From the NCBI GenBank assembly GCA_949287225.1, contig CASEFP010000157.1, forward strand, positions 175 through 64,174: 64,000 nucleotides of DNA. Reading direction: 5' to 3'. Source of the stretch: an uncultured Lentisphaeria bacterium. GTDB taxonomy: Bacteria > Verrucomicrobiota > Lentisphaeria > Victivallales > UBA1829. A program made the position numbers and the translations under genes. The notes beneath the pieces are model-generated. The model saw only the letters and a program-made list of their open reading frames with translations, was not told the DNA's origin and searched no databases. Position 1 is the first letter of the stretch, and each line of letters opens with the position of its first letter. Below, piece by piece: positions 37,805 through 46,744 of this stretch.

Positions 37805-39351
37805 AGATGTCGCATCCGAAACGGAACATCTGCATCATCGCGGGCATTCTGGTTCTGCTTGCGGCGGCGATCGCGGCATTCAAAATCGGCGTCCTGCGCT
37901 ACTCCTTTTCGCGCAGTGTCAATGCCGAACTCTGGGTAATGGAGTGCCGCGCCCGTTTCACTGCAAACGGAGGGCCGGTGACGGCGAAACTTTCGCTGCC
38001 CTATGAAATTCCGGGTTATTATCTTGTCGTGACGAGCCAGCCTCCCGGTTATGCATTTTCTGTTCAGGAACGCGACGGAAGGACGCTTTCCGTCTGGCAC
38101 GCGGAAGAGCGGACCGGAGGGCAGTCGCTCTCCTGCCAGATTTCATTTATTCCGGACGCCAGTGCGCGTCCTCCCGCGGAAGAGGCCCCGGAGGAGCCGG
38201 AGCGTCCCCGCTGGCCCGCCGGGCAGAAAACGCTTGCCGGGCAGCTGGTCCGCAGTCTGGATCCGGAGGGGAAACGTTCCGTTCCGCAGTTCGCCGATGC
38301 CCTTTTCCGGCAGATTCGCAAAGGAGACAATCCGGCAGTGTCCGTGCTGTTTGCCGACAAGCGGCAGGGGGCGCCTTTTCTTCAGGTCGTCCGGAATCTT
38401 CTGGCGATGAAAAAAATCGCTTCGCGCGAGGTGGAAGGCGTGTTTCTGACGGACAAACGGCGCCGTCAGTCGCCCGTCACAATGCTTGAGATTTATTACG
38501 ACGGAGCCTTTCACCGGTATGATCCGGCGACGGGGACACTCAGCACGCAGAAGGATTTCGTCCCGCTGCGGCGCGGCGGCGAACCGCTGTTCGAGCTCTC
38601 CGGCGGACGGCAGGCGAAACTGCGCTTTTCCGCATTGAAGACCAACATCAGCGCCGCCGGCCTGAACCGCCTGCGCGGAAGTTTTATCGAACACTCCTTT
38701 CTGATGGACATCATCGGCTATGAGCTGCCGATTTCGGAACAGAATGTGTTCAAACGTCTGGCGCTGCTTCCGCTGGCAGTGCTTCTGATCGTGATTGTCC
38801 GCAACATCGTAGGGTTGCAATCGATGGGAACGTTCATGCCGGTGCTGATCGCGCTGGCGTTTCTGGAGACGGGGCTGCTCACGGGGTTGATCGCCTTTCT
38901 TCTGATTCTGAGTGTCGGACTGGGGGCACGGGCGCTCCTGACGAACATGAATCTTCTGATGGTGCCGCGCATCTCGGCGGTCGTGGTGATTGTGATTCTG
39001 CTGATGAAGGTGATCAGTGTATTGTCGTATGCGTTCGGATTCACGCAGGGGCAGTCGATCACATTCTTCCCGCTGATTATTCTGGCGTGGACGATTGAAC
39101 GGGCGTCGATGGTGTGGGAGGAGGACGGCGCAGCTACCATGTTCCGGCAGCTTGCGGTGAGCCTTGCGGCCTGCATTCCCTGCTACTTCATTCTGAACAA
39201 CGACTATCTCCAGTATCTCTTTTTCACGTTCCAGGAGTTCAATCTGGTGATTCTCGCCCTGATTCTCCTGCTCGGCACCTACACGGGATACCGCCTGACG
39301 GAACTCAAACGCTTCCAGCCGCTGGTGAATTCATGTTCGGACCGCTCCTGA
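37801..39351 (+). CDS. Membrane protein: extracytoplasmic 'inactive transglutaminase-like' N-domain fused to a ~7-TM C-terminal domain
   Basis: Start refined to ATG 37801, in an ATGA overlap with the protease stop. There is one N-terminal TM, a ~300-aa soluble region, and then a dense block of hydrophobic helices (aa ~330-510). The family assignment is from remembered architecture, not a search. Confidence 0.55.
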   Translation: MKMSHPKRNICIIAGILVLLAAAIAAFKIGVLRYSFSRSVNAELWVMECRARFTANGGPVTAKLSLPYEIPGYYLVVTSQPPGYAFSVQERDGRTLSVWHAEERTGGQSLSCQISFIPDASARPPAEEAPEEPERPRWPAGQKTLAGQLVRSLDPEGKRSVPQFADALFRQIRKGDNPAVSVLFADKRQGAPFLQVVRNLLAMKKIASREVEGVFLTDKRRRQSPVTMLEIYYDGAFHRYDPATGTLSTQKDFVPLRRGGEPLFELSGGRQAKLRFSALKTNISAAGLNRLRGSFIEHSFLMDIIGYELPISEQNVFKRLALLPLAVLLIVIVRNIVGLQSMGTFMPVLIALAFLETGLLTGLIAFLLILSVGLGARALLTNMNLLMVPRISAVVVIVILLMKVISVLSYAFGFTQGQSITFFPLIILAWTIERASMVWEEDGAATMFRQLAVSLAACIPCYFILNNDYLQYLFFTFQEFNLVILALILLLGTYTGYRLTELKRFQPLVNSCSDRS

Positions 39352-40295
39352 AATGCTTTGCCTCGCCCGCGGCATTGAGAAAGGCGGGCGTTCTCGGCAT
39401 GAACCGCCGCAACCACGACTACATCGCGGCATACAACAGGCGTCACGATTATCCGATGGTCGACGACAAACTCCTGACCAAGGAGCTTGCGGCGAAGGCG
39501 GGCGTTCCGGTCGCGGCGCTGATCGGTGTGATCCGTTATCAGCATGAGGCGAAGGATTTTCCGCGCCTGACGGAAAAGTATCCGAGTTTCGTCATCAAGC
39601 CGGGTCACGGCAGCGGCGGGCGCGGCATTCTCGTCATCAAAAGCCATGACGGGGAACAGTTCCGGAAAGCGGACGGTTCCGTCATCGGCTGGCAGCAGGT
39701 TTACTCACACATCACGAACATTCTGAGCGGACTTTACAGTCTGGGCGGGCAGACCGACTATGCCCTGTTCGAGGAGTGCATCTCCTTTTCGAAAATCTTT
39801 TCAGACTTCAGTTTCCAGGGGGTGCCGGACATCCGGATCATTGTGTTCAAAGGGTATCCCGTCATGGCGATGATGCGTCTTGCGACGAAACGTTCGGACG
39901 GGCGCGCCAATCTCCATCAGGGAGCGGTCGGGGTCGGGCTGAGCATCCGCGGCGGCAGGCCGCTGCGGGCGGTCATGCTGGACCGGATGATCACGCACCA
40001 TCCGGACACGGGACGGGCACTCTCGGAGCTGGCGGTGCCGGACTGGGGAAGGCATCTGGAGCTGGCCGCACGCTGTGCGGAGATGATCAAACTCGGCTAC
40101 TTCGGCGCGGACATCGTCAACGACCGGGAAAAAGGGCCGCTTCTTCTGGAGCTCAACGCCCGGCCCGGGCTCGGAATCCAGATTGCCAATCATGCGGGTC
40201 TGCGTTCGCGCCTGGAGCTTATTGAGCGCCTGCCTTCCACTGAAACACGTTCCGTAATGGAGAAAATCGCATTTTCACAGGAGCATTTCTCCTGA
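39333..40295 (+). CDS. Alpha-L-glutamate ligase-like (RimK-related) ATP-grasp protein
   Basis: Start refined to ATG 39333, overlapping the upstream gene by 19 nt. N-terminus: SPAALRKAGVLGMNRRNHDYIAAYNRRHDYPMVDDKLLTKELA. ATP-grasp core: FVIKPGHGSGGRGILVI...ANLHQGAVGVGL...ELNARPGL. Confidence 0.8.
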   Translation: MFGPLLKCFASPAALRKAGVLGMNRRNHDYIAAYNRRHDYPMVDDKLLTKELAAKAGVPVAALIGVIRYQHEAKDFPRLTEKYPSFVIKPGHGSGGRGILVIKSHDGEQFRKADGSVIGWQQVYSHITNILSGLYSLGGQTDYALFEECISFSKIFSDFSFQGVPDIRIIVFKGYPVMAMMRLATKRSDGRANLHQGAVGVGLSIRGGRPLRAVMLDRMITHHPDTGRALSELAVPDWGRHLELAARCAEMIKLGYFGADIVNDREKGPLLLELNARPGLGIQIANHAGLRSRLELIERLPSTETRSVMEKIAFSQEHFS

Positions 40296-40469
40296 GATCC
40301 TTTGTTCCGTCCCGGAAACTGATTTTTTGAAAAAACGGAAGTATAATTTCTGTAACTATCTGAAAATAATAATATTAATAGTTTTTCAAATCTTTTCTGC
40401 TCTCCGTTTTTGTCCTTTCCTTCCATCATAAAAAAACAAGATTTTCTCGAAAAGATGCTGTTTCAGGGC

Positions 40470-40497
40470 TTGCATTGACGATTCAAGCGGGTATGTT
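40470..40497 (+). promoter_or_regulatory. Weak candidate promoter upstream of the 35-aa ORF
   Basis: TTGCAT (40470-40475), 16-nt spacer, TATGTT (40492-40497), at the edge of an AT-rich spacer. Confidence 0.3.
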
Positions 40498-40535
40498 TAC
40501 TGACAGTTTCCAATTCAAGAAAAGGAGTAGGTGTC

Positions 40536-40643
40536 ATGGAAAACGACAAAAAAGAACCGTTCAAGCATGCAAAACTGCAACAGTGGCTTTTCGTCATCAT
40601 CTGCGCAATCCTCCTCATTTTCATTGGAGCAATCACCGCCTGA
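40536..40643 (+). CDS. Candidate 35-aa single-pass membrane peptide (below the ORF-track size cut-off)
   Basis: ATG at 40536 lies 8 nt after a strong RBS (AAAGGAG). Product: MENDKKEPFKHAKLQQWLFVIICAILLIFIGAITA, stop TGA at 40641-40643. The N-terminus is charged and a 19-residue hydrophobic helix follows. Confidence 0.4.
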   Translation: MENDKKEPFKHAKLQQWLFVIICAILLIFIGAITA

Positions 40644-40836
40644 TTGGAACCGCAGACAGTCCGCCTGAAAACAAGGAAATGGATGATTCCCGTCTTCTGT
40701 CATCTGGCTTATCGCCGCGAATCACAGAGAGCGGGAATTCTTTTTAAGGCCGTGATAAGAAGATGAATGTTTTTCACGGGCTGTGCAGCAGGGTGTGAGC
40801 CGCAGAAAGTACGAAACGGAAGAAAGTCCTGGGGTC

Positions 40837-42612
40837 ATGAAAGGTCTGACACGATTATTCGGTTTCATCCGTCCGTATTGGGGGCTGTGCGTAGTATCCG
40901 CGATCAGTCTTTTGATCTTCACTGCGCTCGGAATGCCGCTGCCCTGGTTTCTCAAACTGATCATCGACCGTGCGCTCGGCAGTTCCAATCTGGGCATGCT
41001 GTGCCTGCTTCTCGGGGGAATTGTCGTCATTTACATCCTCCGCGAAATTTTCTTCTACATCAGCCATTATCTCTTTTACTACACCGGCAACCGGATTCTG
41101 TTCGGCGTGCGCGTGAAACTCTTCAAGCATCTGCAGAGCCTTTCACTGCGCTTTTATCAGGAGTACCGCACAGGAAAGCTGATCTCGAACATCCTGACGG
41201 ATGTGTCCATGCTCAACGGGATGATCAGCACGGTGCTGGTGAATCTGGTGATCCACCTCTTCACGATTACCTGTATTCTCATCGCGCTGATCGTGATGAG
41301 TCCGAAACTTTCGTTGATCTGCCTGATTCTTGTGCCGCTCCAGATTGCGAACTTCACCTATTTCCGGCGTTCGATGAAGAAGGTTGCCATGAATCTCCGG
41401 GAACGGATGTCGGAGGTTTCCGCGAGTCTTGCGGAGACGATCAACGGGATCAAGGTGGTCAAATCCTTCGGCAAGGAGCGCACGGAAAGCCGTGAATTCG
41501 CCGAGATGCTGCGCCCGACATTCGATGCCTCGCTCAACCTCAATATGAAAGGCGTCTACACGTGGATGATTGCGGAAGGGATCAACATCACCTGCATTAT
41601 TCTTGCGCTCGGCTGGGGCGGGCTCATGACGGTCAAGGGGGAGATGAGCATCGGCGATCTGGTCGCGTATTACACCTATCTGACGATGCTGACCGCTCCC
41701 TTGAACCAGCTGAGCGGGCTTTCTTCCGCAATTTCCGACGGAATGACCAGCATCGACCGCATCGGCGTTCTGTTCGATTCGATCCCCGAAATCAAGGAAT
41801 CGGCTTCTCCGCGCGAACTGGAATACGCGAAGGGGAAACTCAAATTCACGAATGTCAGTTTTGCCTATACGAAAAACAAGCCTGTTCTGCGGGATTTCAC
41901 GCTTGAGGTGGAACCCGGTCTGAAAGTAGCGCTTGTCGGGCCGTCCGGTTCGGGGAAATCGACGATCGCCAGTCTGCTGATGCGCTTCTTCGACGTGACC
42001 TCGGGAAGCATTGAAATCGACGGGGTGGACCTCCGCGACATGAGCATGGAATCGCTCCGTCAGAATGTGGGCATCGTGCTCCAGGAGTCCTTCCTGTTCA
42101 GCGGAACGGTCGAGGACAACATCAAATACGGGTGCGAACATGCGATGCATGCGCAGGTTGTCGAGGCGGCGAAGATGGCGAATGCGCATGATTTCATCAT
42201 GGAGCTTCCGCGCGGCTATAACTCCGAGGTCGGGGAAAACGGCGTCAGTCTCTCCGGCGGACAGAAGCAGCGCATTGCCATTGCCCGGGCGATTCTCAAA
42301 AATCCGCGCGTTCTGGTGCTCGACGAAGCGACCTCGGCACTCGACACCGTTTCGGAAGCCTCCGTGCAGGAGGCGCTGGATACGCTGATGAAGAAGCGGA
42401 CGACGATCATCATAGCCCACCGTCTTTCGACCGTGCGCAATTCCGATATGATCGTCGTTCTTCAGGACGGCGTCATCGCGCAGAAAGGCAAACATGCGGA
42501 TCTCCTTCTGGAGAAGGGCGTCTACCGCGATCTCTACGCGATGCAGCTCAAGGAATCGACCAAAGGCAGCGAACTTTTCGCCGTCGGCGACAATACAGGC
42601 AAAAACCTCTGA
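40837..42612 (+). CDS. ABC exporter, fused TMD-NBD (MsbA/half-transporter type)
   Basis: Start refined to MKGLTRLFGFIRPYWG (ATG 40837). It has six TM helices, Walker A (GPSGSGKST), signature (LSGGQKQR) and Walker B (VLVLDEATSALD). There is no N-terminal C39 peptidase domain. Confidence 0.9.
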   Translation: MKGLTRLFGFIRPYWGLCVVSAISLLIFTALGMPLPWFLKLIIDRALGSSNLGMLCLLLGGIVVIYILREIFFYISHYLFYYTGNRILFGVRVKLFKHLQSLSLRFYQEYRTGKLISNILTDVSMLNGMISTVLVNLVIHLFTITCILIALIVMSPKLSLICLILVPLQIANFTYFRRSMKKVAMNLRERMSEVSASLAETINGIKVVKSFGKERTESREFAEMLRPTFDASLNLNMKGVYTWMIAEGINITCIILALGWGGLMTVKGEMSIGDLVAYYTYLTMLTAPLNQLSGLSSAISDGMTSIDRIGVLFDSIPEIKESASPRELEYAKGKLKFTNVSFAYTKNKPVLRDFTLEVEPGLKVALVGPSGSGKSTIASLLMRFFDVTSGSIEIDGVDLRDMSMESLRQNVGIVLQESFLFSGTVEDNIKYGCEHAMHAQVVEAAKMANAHDFIMELPRGYNSEVGENGVSLSGGQKQRIAIARAILKNPRVLVLDEATSALDTVSEASVQEALDTLMKKRTTIIIAHRLSTVRNSDMIVVLQDGVIAQKGKHADLLLEKGVYRDLYAMQLKESTKGSELFAVGDNTGKNL

Positions 42613-42638
42613 TTTATACCAAACAGGAGATTCTTCTC

Positions 42639-43820
42639 ATGTCCAAAAGCGGAAACCGGAATTCCAATCTGCGTGCGAAAATCCGAGTATTCATCGCATT
42701 GACGATCATCGGCGCCGTGGCGATCCTTGCCGCGCTGATTTCGCTGTTCCTGTTCGAGATCGAGGACACCATTTACGCGGATGGCGTCATCATTCCCGAG
42801 CACACCTTTGAACTGGTCGGGCATGTGGATGCGCATGTGAAGAAATTCAATTTCCGGACCGGTGACGACGTCAGGGAGGGGGAAGTCATCGCCGAACTGG
42901 ACTCCCGCGCCTACGAGGCCGCCGCGATTGCCGCGGATGCCGCCGTAAAGGAGCTTGCCGCTGAGCTGGAGGTCAAAAAAGCCGAGCTTGCCATTCTGGA
43001 AAAAGAGCCGCTGCCCAAGGAGCTCTGGTATTCCAAAACCAATCTGAGGGAGTGTCAGGAAAAAGTCGAGCGCACGCGGGACCGTCTGGAACGCTCCAAG
43101 AAACTCCAGCTTGTCAGCGCCATTTCCAAGATTGAATTTGAAAAAGCCGAACTGGAAGCCATTGCAAGTGAAGCCGAACTTGCCCGTGCGAAGGAAAACG
43201 CCCGGCGGGTGGATGAAGGTCTCGGACAGCAGTATATCGAAAAAGCGAAGCGGGACGTCGGACTGGTCGCCGCAAAGCTTGAAGGCAAAAAGGCGGAACT
43301 GGCGTTCCTTCAGAAACAGATCGACGAATGCAAGCTGGTGGCGCCGGCGACGGGACGTCTGGTTGAACTGGACTGCAAAAATACCTGGTATGTCGCACGC
43401 GGCAAGGTGGCGGCGAAAATCGCCTCCGGCAACCGGAGCCGTGCCATCGCCAGGGTGGATGCCCGTGTCGTGCGCAAAGTCAAGCCCGGCCAGCGTGTCC
43501 GTGTGACCAGCGACGTTTACAACAAACTGCAGTATGGGAATTTTACGGGTGTGGTCAAATGGATCGGCGACATTCCGCTGACAGGTATGCCGAATGATTC
43601 CGTCACGCGCTATCCGGTCGAGGTCGAACTGGATCCCGAGGGATATGTGCTGAAATACGGTTCCGGCGTGGAGCTTGCCATTGTCACCGGCAAACAGCCT
43701 GCGATGTTTGCATTGCTGAACATGAGCGACGAGGATTTTGACGCGGGAAAAAAACGCGAGGCGATGAGGCGGCGTTATGAGGCGGAACATCTTACTCCGG
43801 CGGGTGCGGAACGGAAATGA
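42639..43820 (+). CDS. HlyD-family membrane fusion/adaptor protein
   Basis: 393 aa with an N-terminal TM, a long coiled-coil (AELEVKKAELAILEK...EAELARAKENARR) and lipoyl/beta-barrel-like flanks. It starts 26 nt after the ABC gene. Confidence 0.85.
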   Translation: MSKSGNRNSNLRAKIRVFIALTIIGAVAILAALISLFLFEIEDTIYADGVIIPEHTFELVGHVDAHVKKFNFRTGDDVREGEVIAELDSRAYEAAAIAADAAVKELAAELEVKKAELAILEKEPLPKELWYSKTNLRECQEKVERTRDRLERSKKLQLVSAISKIEFEKAELEAIASEAELARAKENARRVDEGLGQQYIEKAKRDVGLVAAKLEGKKAELAFLQKQIDECKLVAPATGRLVELDCKNTWYVARGKVAAKIASGNRSRAIARVDARVVRKVKPGQRVRVTSDVYNKLQYGNFTGVVKWIGDIPLTGMPNDSVTRYPVEVELDPEGYVLKYGSGVELAIVTGKQPAMFALLNMSDEDFDAGKKREAMRRRYEAEHLTPAGAERK

Positions 43821-44097
43821 ACGCCCCCGGTGCGGAGCACGCGCTCGTATCGGGGATTCCGCCTGCGCGGACAGCTTGCGCAGCCGGACCGCACCAGGAC
43901 TGAGAGCACAGCACTGTTAACCCAATTTCTGATAAACGCCATGAGTCCCCTGCCCGCTCAGAATCCGCTCCGGAAACCGGCCGCTTCCGCATCTTGTCTT
44001 CCATCTGAAACGGGGCAGGTTTAAAAACAGTCTGCGGAGGATATTTCCGCTCAGCCGGGATCAGCAGGACAAGCGAAAAGGCTCTTTCCGTGGGAGA

Positions 44098-44907
44098 TCA
44101 TTGAATCCAGAGCAGACGCTCGGCCGGCTGCGGGAGGCGCGAAATCCGGTAGAAACGCAATGCATTGATCAGCGTATTCCGGTAACTGTCGTAAGGTTCC
44201 CCCTGCGGGAATCCGGCGGCATGACGGATTGCGTTTTCCTGCGTGCGGACGGCATCCTGCCATTTCGCATTCACGGCCTGTGCATAGGCAAGGGTTTCCA
44301 ATGTCACAGCGGAAGGGAAGAACTCCGCCGCGCTTTCCGCCATGACGAGAGCCTTGTCCGTATCCTTTCCGGCATGGGCGAGCAGCCAGGAGTAGGTATC
44401 AAGCACGCGCACATCGCGGGTATTGAGTTTATACTGATCGTCCAGCAGACTCAGGGCAGGCTGCTTCTGATTTTTCTTGTAATAGAGCAGCCTTGCCAGT
44501 GCGCAGATGGTACGCGTCCGTGCCAGATCCGGATTCTTCATTTCAAGTTTGAGTTTCAATGCGCTTTGATAATCTGCGATGGCTCCGTCATAATCGCCGA
44601 TCTGTTCGCGGAGCATACCGCGGATCAGCCTTGCCGCTGCGAGTTCCGGCTCTTTATCCACCGCAGTATCTGCATCAGCCAGCGCATCCTTATGTTTCCC
44701 CTGTGCATAATACGCCTGGGCGCGCTGCAGATAAAGCCAGGGGTCGGTCTCCCCTTTCTGCAGGCCTTCTGTTGCTGCACGGGCGGCAGCGTCATAATTT
44801 CCTTCGGCATTGTATCGCGATGCTAAATCTTTTCCGGACGGACTGGCACAGGCACCGAGAAGAATCAGGACTGGGACGAGAAATGAGGCGGCAACTTCTT
44901 TTTTCAT
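44098..44907 (-). CDS. TPR-repeat lipoprotein
   Basis: Lipobox: MKKEVAASFLVPVLILLGACASP. TPR-like repeats are present (AQAYYAQGKHKDALADADTAV, IGDYDGAIADYQSALKL). Confidence 0.75.
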   Translation of the reverse strand: MKKEVAASFLVPVLILLGACASPSGKDLASRYNAEGNYDAAARAATEGLQKGETDPWLYLQRAQAYYAQGKHKDALADADTAVDKEPELAAARLIRGMLREQIGDYDGAIADYQSALKLKLEMKNPDLARTRTICALARLLYYKKNQKQPALSLLDDQYKLNTRDVRVLDTYSWLLAHAGKDTDKALVMAESAAEFFPSAVTLETLAYAQAVNAKWQDAVRTQENAIRHAAGFPQGEPYDSYRNTLINALRFYRISRLPQPAERLLWIQ

Positions 44908-44985
44908 AATGGCAATCTCCTTACGGGGATCAATATAGGCGCGTTTTCCCGAAAAATCAAATCCGGAAACGCCGGTATGAGTAAT

Positions 44986-45561
44986 TCATGGCGTGTAGGT
45001 AACGGACACCATTCCAAGCATGTTTCCGTGATTGTCCGATTTCGCGGAATACTGCGGCAGCGCGCGGACTGTGAGCGGTTTTTCCCCGCCGAGCATAAGA
45101 TTCGCCGTATAGAGCACACGACTTTTCCAGCGCAGGGTTCCCTCGACGAAAATCCGGTATTTTCCAGCAGGAACGGCTTTCCCATCCGCGCCGGTGCAGT
45201 TCCAGGTATAAGTCACGGTGCCGGTTGCGGGCGTCGCCCCCGAAACCGCGTCCAGATCCGCCTTCGCCGCGTCTGCCGCGCCGGAACGCCGGACCCAGGT
45301 CGGAACGCAGTCCTTCCGGATCCGGAATCCGCCCTGACCGGTATAGTTCGTCACATAAAGCGTCTTAATGAATTTTCCTTTCGCGTCTTCGACCCAGACG
45401 GCGAACTGATTGCTTGCCCGTCCCGTCTGGCGGACATAGGGAAATGAAACCCTGACCGTCGGAGACGCCTTCTCAAGCAGAGCATCCGCCCCGGATAATC
45501 CCCCCGCCGCCGCAACACAGACCGCAACTGCAAAGAATTTCAGTTCTCGAAGCCACCGCAT
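44986..45561 (-). CDS. Secreted DUF2271-like protein
   Basis: Start refined to ATG 45561 (MRWLRELKFFAVAVCVAAAGGLSGA) with an AAGGAGG RBS. The core reads FAVWVEDAKGKFIKTLYVT...DAVSGATP...VPAGKYRIFVEG. Confidence 0.55.
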   Translation of the reverse strand: MRWLRELKFFAVAVCVAAAGGLSGADALLEKASPTVRVSFPYVRQTGRASNQFAVWVEDAKGKFIKTLYVTNYTGQGGFRIRKDCVPTWVRRSGAADAAKADLDAVSGATPATGTVTYTWNCTGADGKAVPAGKYRIFVEGTLRWKSRVLYTANLMLGGEKPLTVRALPQYSAKSDNHGNMLGMVSVTYTP

Positions 45562-45589
45562 GACGAACCTCCTTGTGTAAATCCGGAAT

Positions 45590-45618
45590 ACTTTACAATC
45601 TTCTTTCCGCCAAGTCAA
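45590..45618 (-). promoter_or_regulatory. Candidate sigma70-type promoter for the DUF2271-like gene
   Basis: The minus strand reads TTGACT (45618..45613), 17-nt spacer, TAAAGT (45595..45590). Confidence 0.4.
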
Positions 45619-45633
45619 CTTTTTTTCACAGAA

Positions 45634-46275
45634 TCACGTTCCTTTTTCCGGAGAACGGTATTTCATCAGCAGGTTCAGCATCTTTTCGCGGAGCAGCATA
45701 AGATGCTCGAAATGAAATTCCGTCCTGGCTGCGGAACGCGGAAACTGAAGACCGAAACGCCGGAATTCTCCGAGCAGAAGATTTCCGTCGGCAAGCAGGC
45801 GCTTGACAATCGCAATCCGGAGCGCGGGGTATTCATCCTCATCCATGTCGATGATGTCCGCGGAACGCGCCATCATCTTGCCGTACAACGCAAGAATGCG
45901 CATCCCCGCAACGGTCTCGTCGCGCCCGGAAAGCAGCGCAAAATACTGCGCCCAGAGTTTGGCGAGACGCCCGAGCACTATGTAAAACTCCGAACCGTCT
46001 CGTTTCTGCCAGTCCTCCCCGAAAGCGACATCCTCCTCATAATCGGTATTGCTGTCAAAGAGTCCCGCCAGTGAGGAGTCATGGTAGTCTCCGCCGAAAG
46101 GAACCAGTTCGGGACGCTCCTGGATGTGCTTCATGATAACGGCGTCCTCCGAAGGCAGGTCGATGTAGCGCGGCAGTTCACTCATGTAGGTGCTGATCCG
46201 CGCATCATCCTTTTTGAGTTCACGTTCCCAGTCGAACTCGTTCCAGTATTCCTTCAGCGGTCCTGGCATTGTCAT
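45634..46275 (-). CDS. Hypothetical cytoplasmic protein downstream of rsfS
   Basis: Start refined to ATG 46275, 1 nt after the rsfS stop. The 214-aa acidic product begins MTMPGPLKEYWNEFDWERELKKDD. Confidence 0.5.
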   Translation of the reverse strand: MTMPGPLKEYWNEFDWERELKKDDARISTYMSELPRYIDLPSEDAVIMKHIQERPELVPFGGDYHDSSLAGLFDSNTDYEEDVAFGEDWQKRDGSEFYIVLGRLAKLWAQYFALLSGRDETVAGMRILALYGKMMARSADIIDMDEDEYPALRIAIVKRLLADGNLLLGEFRRFGLQFPRSAARTEFHFEHLMLLREKMLNLLMKYRSPEKGT

Positions 46276-46276
46276 G

Positions 46277-46729
46277 TCACGCTTTTTCTGCTTTCTTCTT
46301 TTCCGAGGCGCTTCTGCGTTTGATTTTCGCCTCGATGCGTTTGATCGCATCGGTTTTCGGCGCGTCGCCCCAGAGACTTTCGAGCTGATACAGCGCACGG
46401 GTGTCCTCATCCATGATGTGGACCATCACCGTGCCGAAATCCACGATCATCCAATGGCTTTCCGGGGAACCGTCCACGTGAAGCGGCTTGACCTTGAGCT
46501 GTTCAAGCACGTCGCGCTGGATTCGTTCGGCAATGGCGCGGATATGCGGTTCGGAGGTCGCTGTGCAGAGCACGAAATAATCGCTGACCGCCGAATACTC
46601 CTTCAGGTCGAGCCGGACAATGTTCTCCGCTTTCCTGTCATATGCGATCTCCTCGCAGAGTTTTGCCAGCTTCTGTTCGGGAGTTTCCTTTTTCCCCGTC
46701 TTTTTTCCCGCCGCAGCAGTTTCCGTCAT
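46277..46729 (-). CDS. rsfS: Ribosomal silencing factor RsfS (iojap-like)
   Basis: Motifs: VSDYFVLCTATSEPHIRAIAERI...HWMIVDFGTVMVHIM...YQLESLW. The C-terminal tail is basic. Confidence 0.85.
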   Translation of the reverse strand: MTETAAAGKKTGKKETPEQKLAKLCEEIAYDRKAENIVRLDLKEYSAVSDYFVLCTATSEPHIRAIAERIQRDVLEQLKVKPLHVDGSPESHWMIVDFGTVMVHIMDEDTRALYQLESLWGDAPKTDAIKRIEAKIKRRSASEKKKAEKA

Positions 46730-46744
46730 TGTCGCCCTCCTGGG

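Noticed and set aside
40679-40747. 22-codon ORF (MDDSRLLSSGLSPRITESGNSF) between the 35-aa ORF and the ABC exporter.
   Set aside because: The AAGGAA motif is only 1 nt from the ATG, which is too close for a functional RBS. The peptide has no distinguishing features.
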